Assembly: GCF_001194135.2 (NCBI RefSeq) | Contig: NC_068990.1 | Span: forward strand, 75,908,159 to 75,972,158 | DNA length: 64,000 nucleotides | Source of the DNA: Octopus bimaculoides | Taxonomy: Eukaryota | Direction of reading: 5' to 3' | Shown: in pieces, positions 51,988-64,000 of the stretch | How positions within the stretch are numbered: position 1 is the stretch's first letter | Layout: each line of letters begins with the position of its first letter | Program-made: the position numbers and the translations under genes | Notes under the pieces: generated by a model | Database searches by the model: none | The model's input: only the letters and a program-made list of their open reading frames with translations | What the model was told of the DNA's origin: nothing

Positions 51988-53364
51988 GTATGTATGTATG
52001 GATATAAAATAAATATGTGTGTGTATGTATGTATAAGCAAACGTGTATAAAATGAAATAATGCATAAATAGCTTTCTCCAATACATACAGTACTTCCTAG
52101 CATACATTTGATGTAGTATATAGTATAAACATGTGGTGTATACATTCAAAAACTGTCACTATCTTTCCAAATCCTGCTGCATTCTAAATGGGATTTTTGG
52201 TCCTCCATAGTGTTCTTGGTGGATATGTCAACCTAAAGTTCTTGGGTGCTAAATTTTTTTACATGAAATATTCCACTTCTTTTTGGCGGAAATACGGCAA
52301 TGAAGGAAATTGTATTTATTACAGGCCCAAAAATAATCATTTCTACTACTATAGGCACCAAAAAATAATGCAACAAGAAGTGTAAACTAGAGTATTGCTA
52401 AAAGCCAAAGTATTGCTACTTACGGAGTATCAGATTGTACTGAATGTATTAAATACATAGTGATAAATGTAGTGATATCACGAACTGAAACACCAGCCCT
52501 ATATACATATTCACGCACACACACACAGACATGTATGTATGTATGTATGTTATCAATCAGTTTCATTTCTGTATTTCTTGTCCATAGAGAAAGAGCCGGA
52601 CTCTAACATAGATTCAAAGCTCCTTCATTGGAACTTTTATCAACATCATATAGGTATTTGTGCATATGTGTGTGTGTGTGTGCAGTATTTGGTGTTAGTG
52701 TATGCCTAGATTTGTATGTTTGTTTTATGGATGCGTTTTTATGTATATATTTTCATGTCTAGGCGTATGCATATGTATTTATGCGCAGATTTGTATGTTT
52801 GTTTTATGGATGCGTTTTTATGTATATATTTTCATGTATGTATGTATGTATGCATGCGTGTATACCCACATATATATGACATGTAAGTTATACTTTCGTC
52901 TTATAAACATACAAGGTTTTGTCACGCTCTCTAATATATTGAGTGTGTTTACACCACGAGAGTATTTTGTCGTCTCGTTAGGCCTTAATCGGAAATATAC
53001 TACTTTAATATTTTTGAAAATGTATTAGTATTTCATAGTTATTTACGGCTTGTACAAACTAGGACTCGACTGATTTGGTAGCACTGATTTGCATAATTGT
53101 GCATACGCTGAAGAGGTTGAAATTTAATGTCTATTAAAAAAGATTTAACTTACATTTCAAATTATTCAATAACGCTACACAGACCATTATGAATTAATGT
53201 ATTAATTCATCCATGATATTAGTAGATACACTACTATGCGAATAGGAGTGAGGCTAGTTTCTTAATACATTATACATAACTATAGGTTACTCATCGATCT
53301 GTGGAGAGAAGACAAGTATTCTCTGCCTGATGAAGGCCAAATTCATACGCACACAAACACATAC

Positions 53365-53405
<41 letters not shown>

Positions 53406-53533
53406 AACACCCATACACACACCCATACACATATGCATATATGGTCATATAATAATCTACATTATTGAGAAAACTTTCAACATCTGACACACCCATATAC
53501 ACACTCACTCACACACACACACACACACACTCA

Positions 53534-53625
<92 letters not shown>

Positions 53626-54226
53626 TGTACGTATGTATGTATGTATGTACATATATATGTATATAAGTATGTATGTATTTACGTATGTACGTATGTATGT
53701 ATGTATGTATGTATATCTACATACATTGCTGTCCGCAAGAGCAATTCGAATAGAATGCTTTGGGATATCCTTTGCGACTCTCTGTACTCTGCGTTCAAAT
53801 AACTGTAGTCAATATAGCTTCCATTCTATGGGAGTGACCCTTTACCTTTCCCCATTCGCTCCTACAGATAATAAAAGTAGCTGCATGGAGCCATGTTTGA
53901 CCTTGAAAGTATTCACCCTTTTCGAGGTGAATAATGAAAACTTAGTGGGGTGAATTAATCCAGGCCCCAGAATCCTAAAATTCGATAGTAGATTTCAGTT
54001 CCTTTTTGACGCTGGTTAAATTCAAAAAGATAGAAAGTATCCATTGTTTCATGCAGTTTTCTAATGACCAAATGACACATCACGATGTGTGGAAACGCAA
54101 GGATTGTATTACTCGTTTTTGCATTACCTAACTAGAGTATTTGCCTCGTGTATACAGCGAGTCAAATTTCTTATCTGTGCATTAACCATAACAATTTTTT
54201 TTAATTCTTAAACCTTTCAATAGCCA

Positions 54227-54657
54227 GAGGTGTGATTGTGTGGCAAGAAGCTCGCTTTCCAACCACTTGGTTGCGGATTTAGTCCCAATGCGCAACACTT
54301 TGGCGAAGTGTCTTCTACTATAGCCCCGGGCCAACCAAAGATTTGTGAGTGTATTTGGTAGACAGAAACCGAAAGAAGCCCATTGTGTATGTGTGTTTGT
54401 GTATACGTGTGATTGTGCGTGCGTGTGTGAGCGAGTGTGTGTGTGTGTGTGTTTGTCCCCCACCACTGCTTGACAACCAGTGTTGTTATGTTTACCTCCC
54501 CGTAACTTAGCGGTTCAGCAAAAGAGACCGATAGAATAAGTAGCAGGTTTAACAAAATATAAGTAGTGGGGGGGGGGCTTATTCATTCCGCTAAAAACTC
54601 TTCAGGGCGGTGCTCCAGCATGGCCGCAGTTTAATGACTGCAACAAGTAAAAGATGA
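54227..54657 (+). mobile_element. SINE family A
   Basis: Full-length match to the other family A copies, ending in CGGTGCTCCAGCATGGCCGCAG. Confidence 0.85.
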
Positions 54658-54949
54658 AACATTATGTAGAACATGCCTTCTTTTGCATCATTGATGTATG
54701 GAATGCTGGGTTTGTTATGATTTTCGGATCTGTTGGTGCAGTTTATCCTTTCTCCAGACATGAGTGTTTAAGCAGGTCATATGTACTCTTAAAGGTGTGG
54801 TATGTAAGTCCCACATAATTATATTATAAATGAATTCATTTATCACCGATTTAAGAAGTGGGTGATTAAAGGTGGGTCCTTTATGTGTGTTGAAAAGATT
54901 ACAACATTAGATAACATCGCCAGGACATTACTTGTGCAATGCCTCAAAG

Positions 54950-55560
54950 ATGTATTTCGTTGCTATTTACAGAAACAAAAGCCTAAGAAACGAATAATTA
55001 TAGCAAAGCATTCAAAACAACTGTAAAGTGAAGATATATTACATGTAATCAAGCAAGAGTAGAAAAAGAGGAAAGTATATGGCAAAATCCACCAAATAGT
55101 TTAAACGTCAATTCTAAAATTGCCACCATGTATAATAAGTTCCAAAAGATTTTTATCAAAATTATACTAAGCTTAGCTATAGTTGCACCGATAACCTTGA
55201 GGCAAGATAGTATAGAAATACTGACACACTCAAACACAAAGTCTGTCACCTCATCGCAATTGTTATAATATTAATATTTGCCAAAAAAGCGTTAAATTCG
55301 TTCTAAAAATATCTATTATACTAACAGACATGCAAAACATTATATAAGTTTAACCAGAAATGCCTCCAAAGAAACAAACAATCAGCACAGACATGCTTTC
55401 TGACATGACAAAAGAAGAAGTATAAACACTTGAGGTAAATGTATAATCCCTTGATCTAAATATGCTTAGACTTTGAAAACACAAAGTTATTAACAATTTC
55501 GAATTTAACTGCTCTGTCATCGAAACAGTACCCTTAAAGATAAAAGAGGTTAAAAGCATT
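54950..55560 (+). mobile_element. Penelope-like retroelement C-terminal and GIY-YIG fossil
   Basis: Pieces IWQNPPNSLNV, LSYSCTDNL and YISLTRNASKE..NQHRHAF resemble Penelope WFNPP.S.NV, KLSYSC.PN and YIG.T...FK.R...H. Confidence 0.6.
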
Positions 55561-55880
55561 CTGTATGTGTGAGTATATATTTGTTTATCTATCTATCTCA
55601 CTCTCTCCCTGTATATTGTAGAAAAAGCATTGAGTACTCCTTCAGCTTAGTGCAAATTATTTTTATAACATAACATAAATATAAAGATAACCTCGTAAAG
55701 GATAGATTAGATATATATATATATGTATTCGCTCTAAGATCCTCCAGTACTGCTAGCACAACGGGCAACGAACTAACTCCAAGCATCCTGGTTGCTTGAA
55801 CCCACTTGGGCCAAGCTTCATCGCTATCATGCCGCCGCGGAACGTACTGCGGCATGTCTTCCTTAGTTTCCTGTCTTTTC

Positions 55881-55952
<72 letters not shown>

Positions 55953-56355
55953 ACGCAGGTTTTCGAAATATTAGTTTCGAGAAATTGGTTTCTTTTACCT
56001 ACACAAAAAAAAAAAAAAATACAGCTTGAAGAACATTTACGCTTTACAATCGGATAAATGACAGAACATTGAATGCATTTTTCACATGTCATTTGTTTTA
56101 ATGCTTGGATTAAACACCGTGAATTTTCTTCATCGACTATCACATACCATTTTACTGGCCACCGTTAGTTGTCCTTAACTTACAACCACTCAACGGTTAT
56201 GAATTCAAAAAAGAAATATGTACAGTTCGCTTAATTGAGTATCTATTTCATGTTATGTTATATTTTATTTGATCGTTTGCTTTACGGTACATCATACTAT
56301 CCTCCTTTCCCCTTTGGGTTTCCCTTCTTCCTTCAAACAACATTAAACATTAAAT

Positions 56356-56408
<53 letters not shown>

Positions 56409-57035
56409 CTTTATATCGGTCCCTTTTATTCTTATTATCATAACATATATCTTTCCCCTCCCACGAACTCCAAGTAGTCTTTTACTGTATCTACTGCTCT
56501 CGACCACCCCTTGCATTATCTCCCTGCTTCTCTTTAATAATGGGCTTTTCTCCTCCCTCATACCGCATCACTCTTTCTATCTACCAGCTTTCCCTGATCT
56601 CCCCTCAAAAACATTTTATTATGTAACTTTCTGCCCTCCTCCTAACCCATTTCTTGCCCCATTCTTGTCCTTCCCCTATTTCTCAGATCTCAAACAACTA
56701 TACATAATGGACGCATGTTAACCTTCATTCGTACCCTTTTCTACCCCACCTTTTTTATTTCATTTATTTTTATTCGGTTATTTGCTTTCGCTGTTTTTCT
56801 TTCGCTTGTTTTTTATACTTAATTTCGTTTCTTTTCATATGTTTTGTTGCGTTCTTTTCTCATTTGCCCTCCCTTCTCTATAAATATGATTAATAATGCT
56901 TTCGTCATTTTTACTGTTTCATTATTTTCCTTACATTGTATCACAAAACTTGATATTATATTTCTCATTTCAGCTCAGTTTATGTTTTTTTCTTTCTTTC
57001 TTTCTTTCTTTCTGTATTTAATTCCCTCTCTCTCG

Positions 57036-57115
<80 letters not shown>

Positions 57116-57128
57116 ATCTATCTATCTA

Positions 57129-57168
<40 letters not shown>

Positions 57169-57703
57169 AATATCTTATAAATTTATTAGAGAGATAGATA
57201 GATAAATATGCATATATAATTCATTATACATTTTTTAATACCTATATTTAAAAAATACATTTTTATGTATTCCACCCCAAACGTTGATAGGTGTGTTTGT
57301 GTTTGTTATTGTACTTTGTGTGACCACTGCGTGCGCTTCCTATCTACCACCAAGCAGATGTATGATGTCTTCAAGCTTATGTTAAATAGCTCGCAAGGAG
57401 CGGCGGATTGGAAGCAGTGGTGCCTAATAGTGATGATGTACCAGTCCGCCTCAACCGATTTACAGGCCGTAAATTTGCAATATACTGTGGCACCCTTTTA
57501 GATAGACATGCTAAACACCATTCTTCGGAACTGCATTGAATTTTGTGTTCAGCCTACTGTCTCTTCTGTATATTCTGGAGAATGCGCTATTGCTTTCATA
57601 ATCGGCATTCTTCTCAAACAGAGAGACAGAGAAACCGCATCCTCATACGCAGCCAATATCACCTTCGTGGTGTCATAAAGTCGGATACATAAGAAGGCAA
57701 GAA

Positions 57704-58405
57704 GGATCTTTTTGGTTTGACGGGCAACATTTTTCATTTATGTTTTATGTAGTGTTTTTGGTACCGAAACACTTTCAAACTTCGTATACTTGTATATTTT
57801 GTATTATAGAACAGATAAAAAAAATTTGTATTCGAAGTTATTTCATGTAAAAAGTTGTCGTATTTCGGTAATTTCAACCAATCACTGACGTCTATTGAGG
57901 TGAAAACAATTACTGCCGTGGAATGTAAACAACGGTGTCATGGGATCTTTTCCCTTGAATAAAATTAGTACCGTTGTTTGTCAACAACAACTATCGGCGG
58001 TACTGTTATTTATAACATCGTTCGTGCGTTTGTACTGGTTTTAGCTTTAGGGTGTTAGGATTAGGGTTCCGGACCCTAACCCAAACGCACGAACGATGTT
58101 ATAAATAACTACCGCCGATAGTTGTTGTTGACAAACAACGGTACTAATTTTATTCAAGGGAAAAGATCCCATGACACCGTTGTTTACATTCCACGGCAGT
58201 AATTTTTTTCACCTCAATAGACGTCAGTGATTGGTTGAAATTACACAAATACGACAACTTTAACATGAAATAACTTATTAAGAACTATTTTTTGTTAAGA
58301 AGGCTAAGAGAAAAAGATGTTTTATATGACACATTCTACCAGTATCCCAAGTTTGAAAGCGTTTCCATAAAAAAACAAGTGTTGCCCGTCAAACCAAAAA
58401 GATCC
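57704..58405. mobile_element. 702-bp palindromic MITE with GG...CC termini and 8-bp TSD (Merlin-like by terminal rules)
   Basis: TIRs GGATCTTTTTGGTTTGACGGGCAACA and TGTTGCCCGTCAAACCAAAAAGATCC. Flanks are GGCAAGAA / GGCGAGAA. The near-perfect inner arms span about 57836-58032 and 58082-58274. Confidence 0.85.
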
Positions 58406-58959
58406 GGCGAGAATACCCATTAAATATGATCAATATGTGGGATGATAACAGCTTCCATGAAGAGATATCATGCAGAGACAAGTTCATGTCGGTAAGAGGT
58501 TTATGTCGCTGGACCGAAGGCCTAGCTAAGATGCTCGGAATCTGTTCCGGTTTGGAAATCTGTTCAGGAAGAGAGTGCCATTAAAGCGACTAGTCTCACA
58601 TTGATTTGGTAATGTACCACTGCCTCCCTGTCGTTCATTGTGCTAAAGAAAAACATTTGATCAAATTTGGAAAGAGCCGACCATCTACGATCTCCTGAAG
58701 ACCGATCTATAACAACCTTCGTCCGTCTCATTCCATACGTAATACTTCATAGTACAATATTTGATTCATAGGATCGTATTGTACTTAGAATCGTAAGGGA
58801 TAGACTAAAAATTATTTTTATAACTTATTTGGAAAGATGTCATTTATCGAAAATCTGAGTCACTTGATATCATAATCCTTTGTAAACGAGTTATTTAGAC
58901 ACTATCAGATTTCGATACATTCGTTTCAAAATTTAACACAACGCCAGCAGATTCAAGGG

Positions 58960-59112
58960 AGGGATTAAGCCGATTACATCGAGTCCAGTGCTCAACTGGT
59001 ACTTATTTTATCGACCTGGAAAGGATGAAAGATAAAGTAGACCTTGACGGATTTTGAACTCAGAATGTAAAGAAGGATGAAATGCCGCTAAGCATTTTGT
59101 CCTCGCCGCCTT
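58960..59112 (-). mobile_element. SINE family B
   Basis: CTGGTACTTATTTTATCGACC...AAAGGATGAAAG...TTTGAACTCAGAA. Confidence 0.75.
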
Positions 59113-59154
59113 TGGTAACGAAACCTGATTGTTGGAATAATCAAAAACAGTTAG

Positions 59155-59325
59155 TATAGATTTTTCATCCGTCTTTACGCTACGAATTCAAATTCTGCTA
59201 AGGTTGACTTTGCCTTTCATCTTCACGGGATCAATAAAATCATGTACGAGCTAAGCACTGGGATTGGTGTAATCGACTTACCTCTTCCTCGAATTTGCTT
59301 GCTGTGTACTAACATTTGAAAGTAA
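59155..59325 (+). mobile_element. degenerate SINE family B
   Basis: TTCAAATTCTGCTAAGGTTGACTTTGCCTTTCATC...GGATCAATAAAAT. Confidence 0.7.
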
Positions 59326-60723
59326 TATGGATTGAAATTTTAGATCATGTTAGAAATTGTTGAAGTATCTTCTTTTAGAATATTATCAAAGGAGCGTAAT
59401 TCTTTAAATCAGACAAGTGTACCCGCACATCTTTAAAGTTAACTGTAAAGAGAGATGCATGAGTATTGATAGTGATGGGAAGAAGCAAGAGTATAAACCA
59501 TGAAATCTTAGGAAAATTTGGTACTTCAAAGATATTGAAACAATTTTGACTGTATCCTTCTGATGATAGGCCTTTGTGCCTGAAATATCTTTAAAACTTT
59601 TTTGCATTTTCAGAAGCTTTCCTCATTTCTCATTTCACCTATTAAAAAATATCATTCATTTAAAAAACTGTTTACGCTCTTATAAAATGTAAGGGTTTCT
59701 TCTGGGAATATAAGTAGTTATAAATTTCACAGAATGGAGATGATATGGTAAAGGATAGTAAAACATTGTCAGATTTGGAAATAAAATGTATAGAGTTACA
59801 TTCATATAGTGTGGCAGAAAAGGATATAAGGCAAATAGGTACCTTTGATTTATGACTACTAAATATTAATGAAGTAAAGGGTTTAGGCTTAAAATCTCTC
59901 TAAAGTATTCGAAGCTCGCAAGGAATAATTTTTAGAAATGGTCTTGCACCATACAAACAGCTAGAGAAGCCGAAAGATGATGATGATGATAATAATAATA
60001 ATAATAATGATAATAATAATGATAATAATAATAATAATAGTAAACTATAAAACGTGTCAATGATAATACTGAACGGAATTAGTGATTTGCAGTAGCGTAA
60101 AGTAGAAGTGTATCATAAATTTTGTTTGAAAAGACCAGTATTTTAGAACGGAAGAGATAAATTCGTAGTTACTTTGTACAACAATGAAGATTTAAATCCT
60201 AGAGGCGATAACTACGTTGATTCGGGTCGGGGTCGGCGAGGAGGTGCAATTCATGATTGAATGTGGTGTCTATAAAATTACCTCGAAATTTAACTTTAAA
60301 ACTAAAACAGTAAGAGATTTTATGTAATTATACATTAAGTAGTTGATAGATATTTTCATGTAGATATAAAAGTGTTAGAAAGAAAATATATATAAAAAAA
60401 AAATAAGGTAATTTAATGGTCGTTAACGCAACTGGTAATTAAATTGGAATTAAATATAGTTTACACTGGTGGTAGAGGTGACTGTAAGCTCAAATGATGT
60501 TACCCAGAGATTACAATACACATCTAATTATTTATGTAATATTGAGAATGATATAAATCTGGAAAGATTACTGATAAGATTAATGTTAAATCTAACCATG
60601 CTATGCAAAGAAAACAAGTAAAAATATATATATCCAAAAAAAATAAAACAAATATAAAATAATAATATGAAGAAGTGATACAATCAATATAAGATATCAC
60701 GAAAGATGTTATGTGATCGTTGG

Positions 60724-61032
60724 GTGAAGGCGGGTGGCTTAGTGATTTGAGGTATTTGGCTCATAATCGTAAAGTCGTGAGTTCGATACTCGGCGGCGCG
60801 TTGAGTCTCTTGTGTAAGACACTTTATTTCATGTTACTTCAGTCCACTCAGCTGGCAAAAATGAGTAGTACCTGTAATTCAAACGGCTAACCTTCTCACA
60901 TTTTGTGTCATGCTGATCTCACTGAGAACTACGTAAAGGAGGAGTGCAGCCACTTGTACGTTAATTTCAAGAGCAGGTTGTTCTGTTGATTGGATCAACT
61001 GGAACTTTTATCATCGAAAACGACAGAGTACC
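60724..61032 (+). mobile_element. SINE family C (CORE-like head)
   Basis: GTGGCTTAGTG...GAGTTCGATACTC...TAAGACACTTTATTTCA..., with the 3' part shared with the 13255 copy. Confidence 0.75.
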
Positions 61033-62073
61033 AGTAATACACCAAACCGAAGTCTACTTAATTCATGAACATTAGAATCCACAAGTTACCTTAAGATTCT
61101 AACACTATTTTATTTATTGGAACGGTAGGTCTCGAAGCACATAGAACTATAAATAATAGCGTCTAAATATTGGATTTAAAAACACCACTTTGGATAGGAA
61201 AGTCGAAGGCTGCCTTTACTCGGCATTTACACGCTATTATTTATAGCTTTATCTGCTTCGAGATCCTCCGTTTCAAAGAAGGATTATTTCACATTCCCTC
61301 GAAGTTTATAAATTCCTATGACGTCACCAAATATTTCTTTAGTTGCTAACTTTCAATGCAAACTATTTCTTTGCGTCGGGGGCTACCCCTTATAAGAACA
61401 TAGCAGAATCCCTAGAAAATTATGCAGGACTATCTTTCCCTTTTTATGGCGACAGAGTATAATTTGACAGGATATTTGCCTTGACAATAATAATGTTCAA
61501 ACGTTAAGGAGTATGTATATTTTCTAACTCATTTCTACCAAGGAAAATACGCCACCCAGATTCACAGCCACTCACATAGCCACACAATCACACATACACG
61601 CAGTCACACATACACACAGTCATACATACATACACATGCGCGTGTCAGAGAGAGGGAGTCTATACCTACTCGTTCGTTCTGCTAGAAATGGCAGCCAAAT
61701 ATCATAGAAGTACATCCCACCATCTTAAAAAGAAGAGGAGGACATTCTGGGTAATATAGACATAGCTATGACGGATGGGATAATCAGTGGGGGAATGCTT
61801 TTGATCATTGATCTGCTACATCAAGATTGATCTGAAGCTAATCAACAGAAAACAAAACACACACACACAGCGTCACACATCGCTCTTGTGCGCATAGACG
61901 ATTTAATGAAAGTGTGTGTGTTACGTGTGTGTGTGTGTGTCGGTCTGTTTATCTGTCTGTCTGTGTGCGCGTGCGTATGTGTGTGTGTGTTCATGAAAAA
62001 GGAGATGAATATCAAATCGTCAATACATGTTGCTTAAGCGTACTTTGGGTTTCCCAACAAAACTTTCGTTACC

Positions 62074-62178
62074 ATGACAGTCTCGCCGATGACAGTCTCG
62101 CCGATAACAGTCTCGCCGGGGGCAGTCTCGCCGATGACAGTCTCGCCGATAACAGTCTCGCCGGGGGCAGTCTCGCCG
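62074..62178. repeat. 15-bp minisatellite, 7 units, invariant core CAGTCTCGCCG
   Basis: Unit prefixes in order are ATGA, ATGA, ATAA, GGGG, ATGA, ATAA, GGGG. Confidence 0.95.
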
Positions 62179-63960
62179 AGGTGGGATCATCCAGAGTTCA
62201 AACATCAAAAGTGTGACGAAGATGAAGGGCAGTTCACAACCTCGCATCTAACGCTTTACNNNNNNNNNNNNNNNNNNNNNNNNNNNNNNNNNNNNNNNNN
62301 NNNNNNNNNNNNNNNNNNNNNNNNNNNNNNNNNNNNNNNNNNNNNNNNNNNNNNNNNNNNNNNNNNNNNNNNNNNNNNNNNNNNNNNNNNNNNNNNNNNN
62401 NNNNNNNNNNNNNNNNNNNNNNNNNNNNNNNNNNNNNNNNNNNNNNNNNNNNNNNNNNNNNNNNNNNNNNNNNNNNNNNNNNNNNNNNNNNNNNNNNNNN
62501 NNNNNNNNNNNNNNNNNNNNNNNNNNNNNNNNNNNNNNNNTCTTTGACATACACGAACAAAAATTTACAAGCTCACTCTCGGATAAACAGTTGTGTCTCA
62601 GGCAATTTGTATATAACGTAAAAATTGAATATTCAATTCAGAACGAAGATATTTCAATTTTGCTAGGTTCATTAAATCTTAACAGATTTATTCTGAGTAC
62701 TTTGTTAATAATATAAGTAAATGTTTATGGTTTCTATGCAGAGACCACTAAATAATCGAACGTCTCACAATATGAAAATGTATTACCGGACTAAACATTT
62801 ATCATTAGAATCGAATAGAACTTGTTGAATTTTTTCCAACTACCCGAAGTAGTTTAAATTTTCACCATATTATATCTTTTAATGAAATTTTAATGTAGTT
62901 TTTCATGCTGATGGCGGACATCGCTTTCGGTTTCTTTTTGCTTTTTTTGTTCGTCTTTTTTGTTTTGTTTTTGTTTTTGTTTTTTGTTTTTTTTTGTTTG
63001 TTTGTTTGTTTGTTTGTTTTTTTGTTGTTTTTTTTGTAGAAATTAGTAACACAAAAATTACAAGCATATAAAGCTATGCAATTTTAATAATCGAAAACCT
63101 CCATTGCCGATGTGGTCATTGTGACCAACATACACAACGAAGACGATGCCATTTCGCAGTCTCTCGATCTGCTAGAATTAACAGTCAAACCTTCGTAAAT
63201 CAGAGCATCAATTCATCGTTATATCGTTCGAGCATCTTGTTAAATTTCTTCCAATCACTGGAAATATTCCACATTTTCACTGGATTATATTAAAAAAATA
63301 TTGTTATGATGTAGTTTTGCATACTGATGACGAAAATCGCATTGTGATTCTGAGAAAATACAGCGGCACAATATCTACATATTACATGATATCGAATAAC
63401 CAACTGTGACGTCGGGAATTTGAAGATAATGTTCTGTGCCTCTCGATCACGCTTCCATATGCAGCAACCTTGGCCTCTAACAGGGCTGCAAAATTGCTCT
63501 TGTCAAAAAGCATCAACCTTTGACTATCGCTCATCCCTTCAACTTTTTCTACCTGCCCCGATCCAACAGCTTGTTACAATTCCTACGGTTGAGAAACGCT
63601 TGGTGCTTGGTACACCCCTTCCCTTGAAATTAACTGCACCTAATTTCAAGTAATTTTAAGCGATGCGCCTATAATTAGATGATTAAATAGACTAGAAAAT
63701 TGATACAAACGAGCCATTTTTCACGGTTCTCTCAAAGCTATCCTCATTTCTCTCATTAGTACGCTTTTTTTCGCCATACTTCTTTCGTTTATGTAAGTCT
63801 ACAGCGAAATGCATAGGCTCTGAAATCTAGAAACTGTCAGTTATTTTGCTGAGAAGCGTGCTTCTCCTCGTTTTGAAGGGTGTCGAAGATGGTCTTAAGG
63901 GCAACCAACTGTTTAACAATAAGCTTCGGTCATGATTGCAGCACACCATTGTTAACACTG

Positions 63961-64000
<40 letters not shown>

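Noticed and set aside
59340-60700. AT-rich stretch with short protein-like pieces (possible Maverick or viral fossil)
   Set aside because: No diagnostic motif was recognised, and stop density is near random.
62074-62178. CRISPR-like array
   Set aside because: The units are 15 bp with only 4 variable, recurring bases. There are no unique spacers or cas genes, and the context is eukaryotic.

Overview
AT-rich, repeat-dense eukaryotic DNA with 14 assembly gaps (N runs) and very abundant (TA)n, (CA)n, (TATG)n, (TAGA)n and (TAA)n microsatellites. The SINE families and microsatellite load look like an octopod cephalopod scaffold; this is an inference from recalled repeat families. Almost all ORFs in the track are microsatellite or gap artefacts. 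The only recognisable cellular coding sequence is an intronless RNF126/RNF115-like RING-H2 E3 ligase frame (minus strand, 21260-21895), probably a retrocopy. The rest is decayed mobile DNA: four tRNA-derived SINE families, R4/Dong-clade and RTE-clade LINE fossils, Penelope-like remnants with hammerhead-ribozyme-like cores, mariner and maT/Tc1 remnants, hAT-Charlie and piggyBac-type MITEs, and several long palindromic MITEs. One 702-bp GG...CC element has an 8-bp TSD and a telomere-like TTAGGG/CCCTAA centre. Most interesting: the retrocopy, that palindromic element, a head-to-tail stack of Dong-like 3' ends separated by TAA repeats, the hammerhead-like repeat family, and an unidentified decayed coding-like island at about 31.1-33.8 kb. 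There is no CRISPR array, rRNA or genuine tRNA. All translations and alignments were done by eye, and fossil boundaries are approximate.
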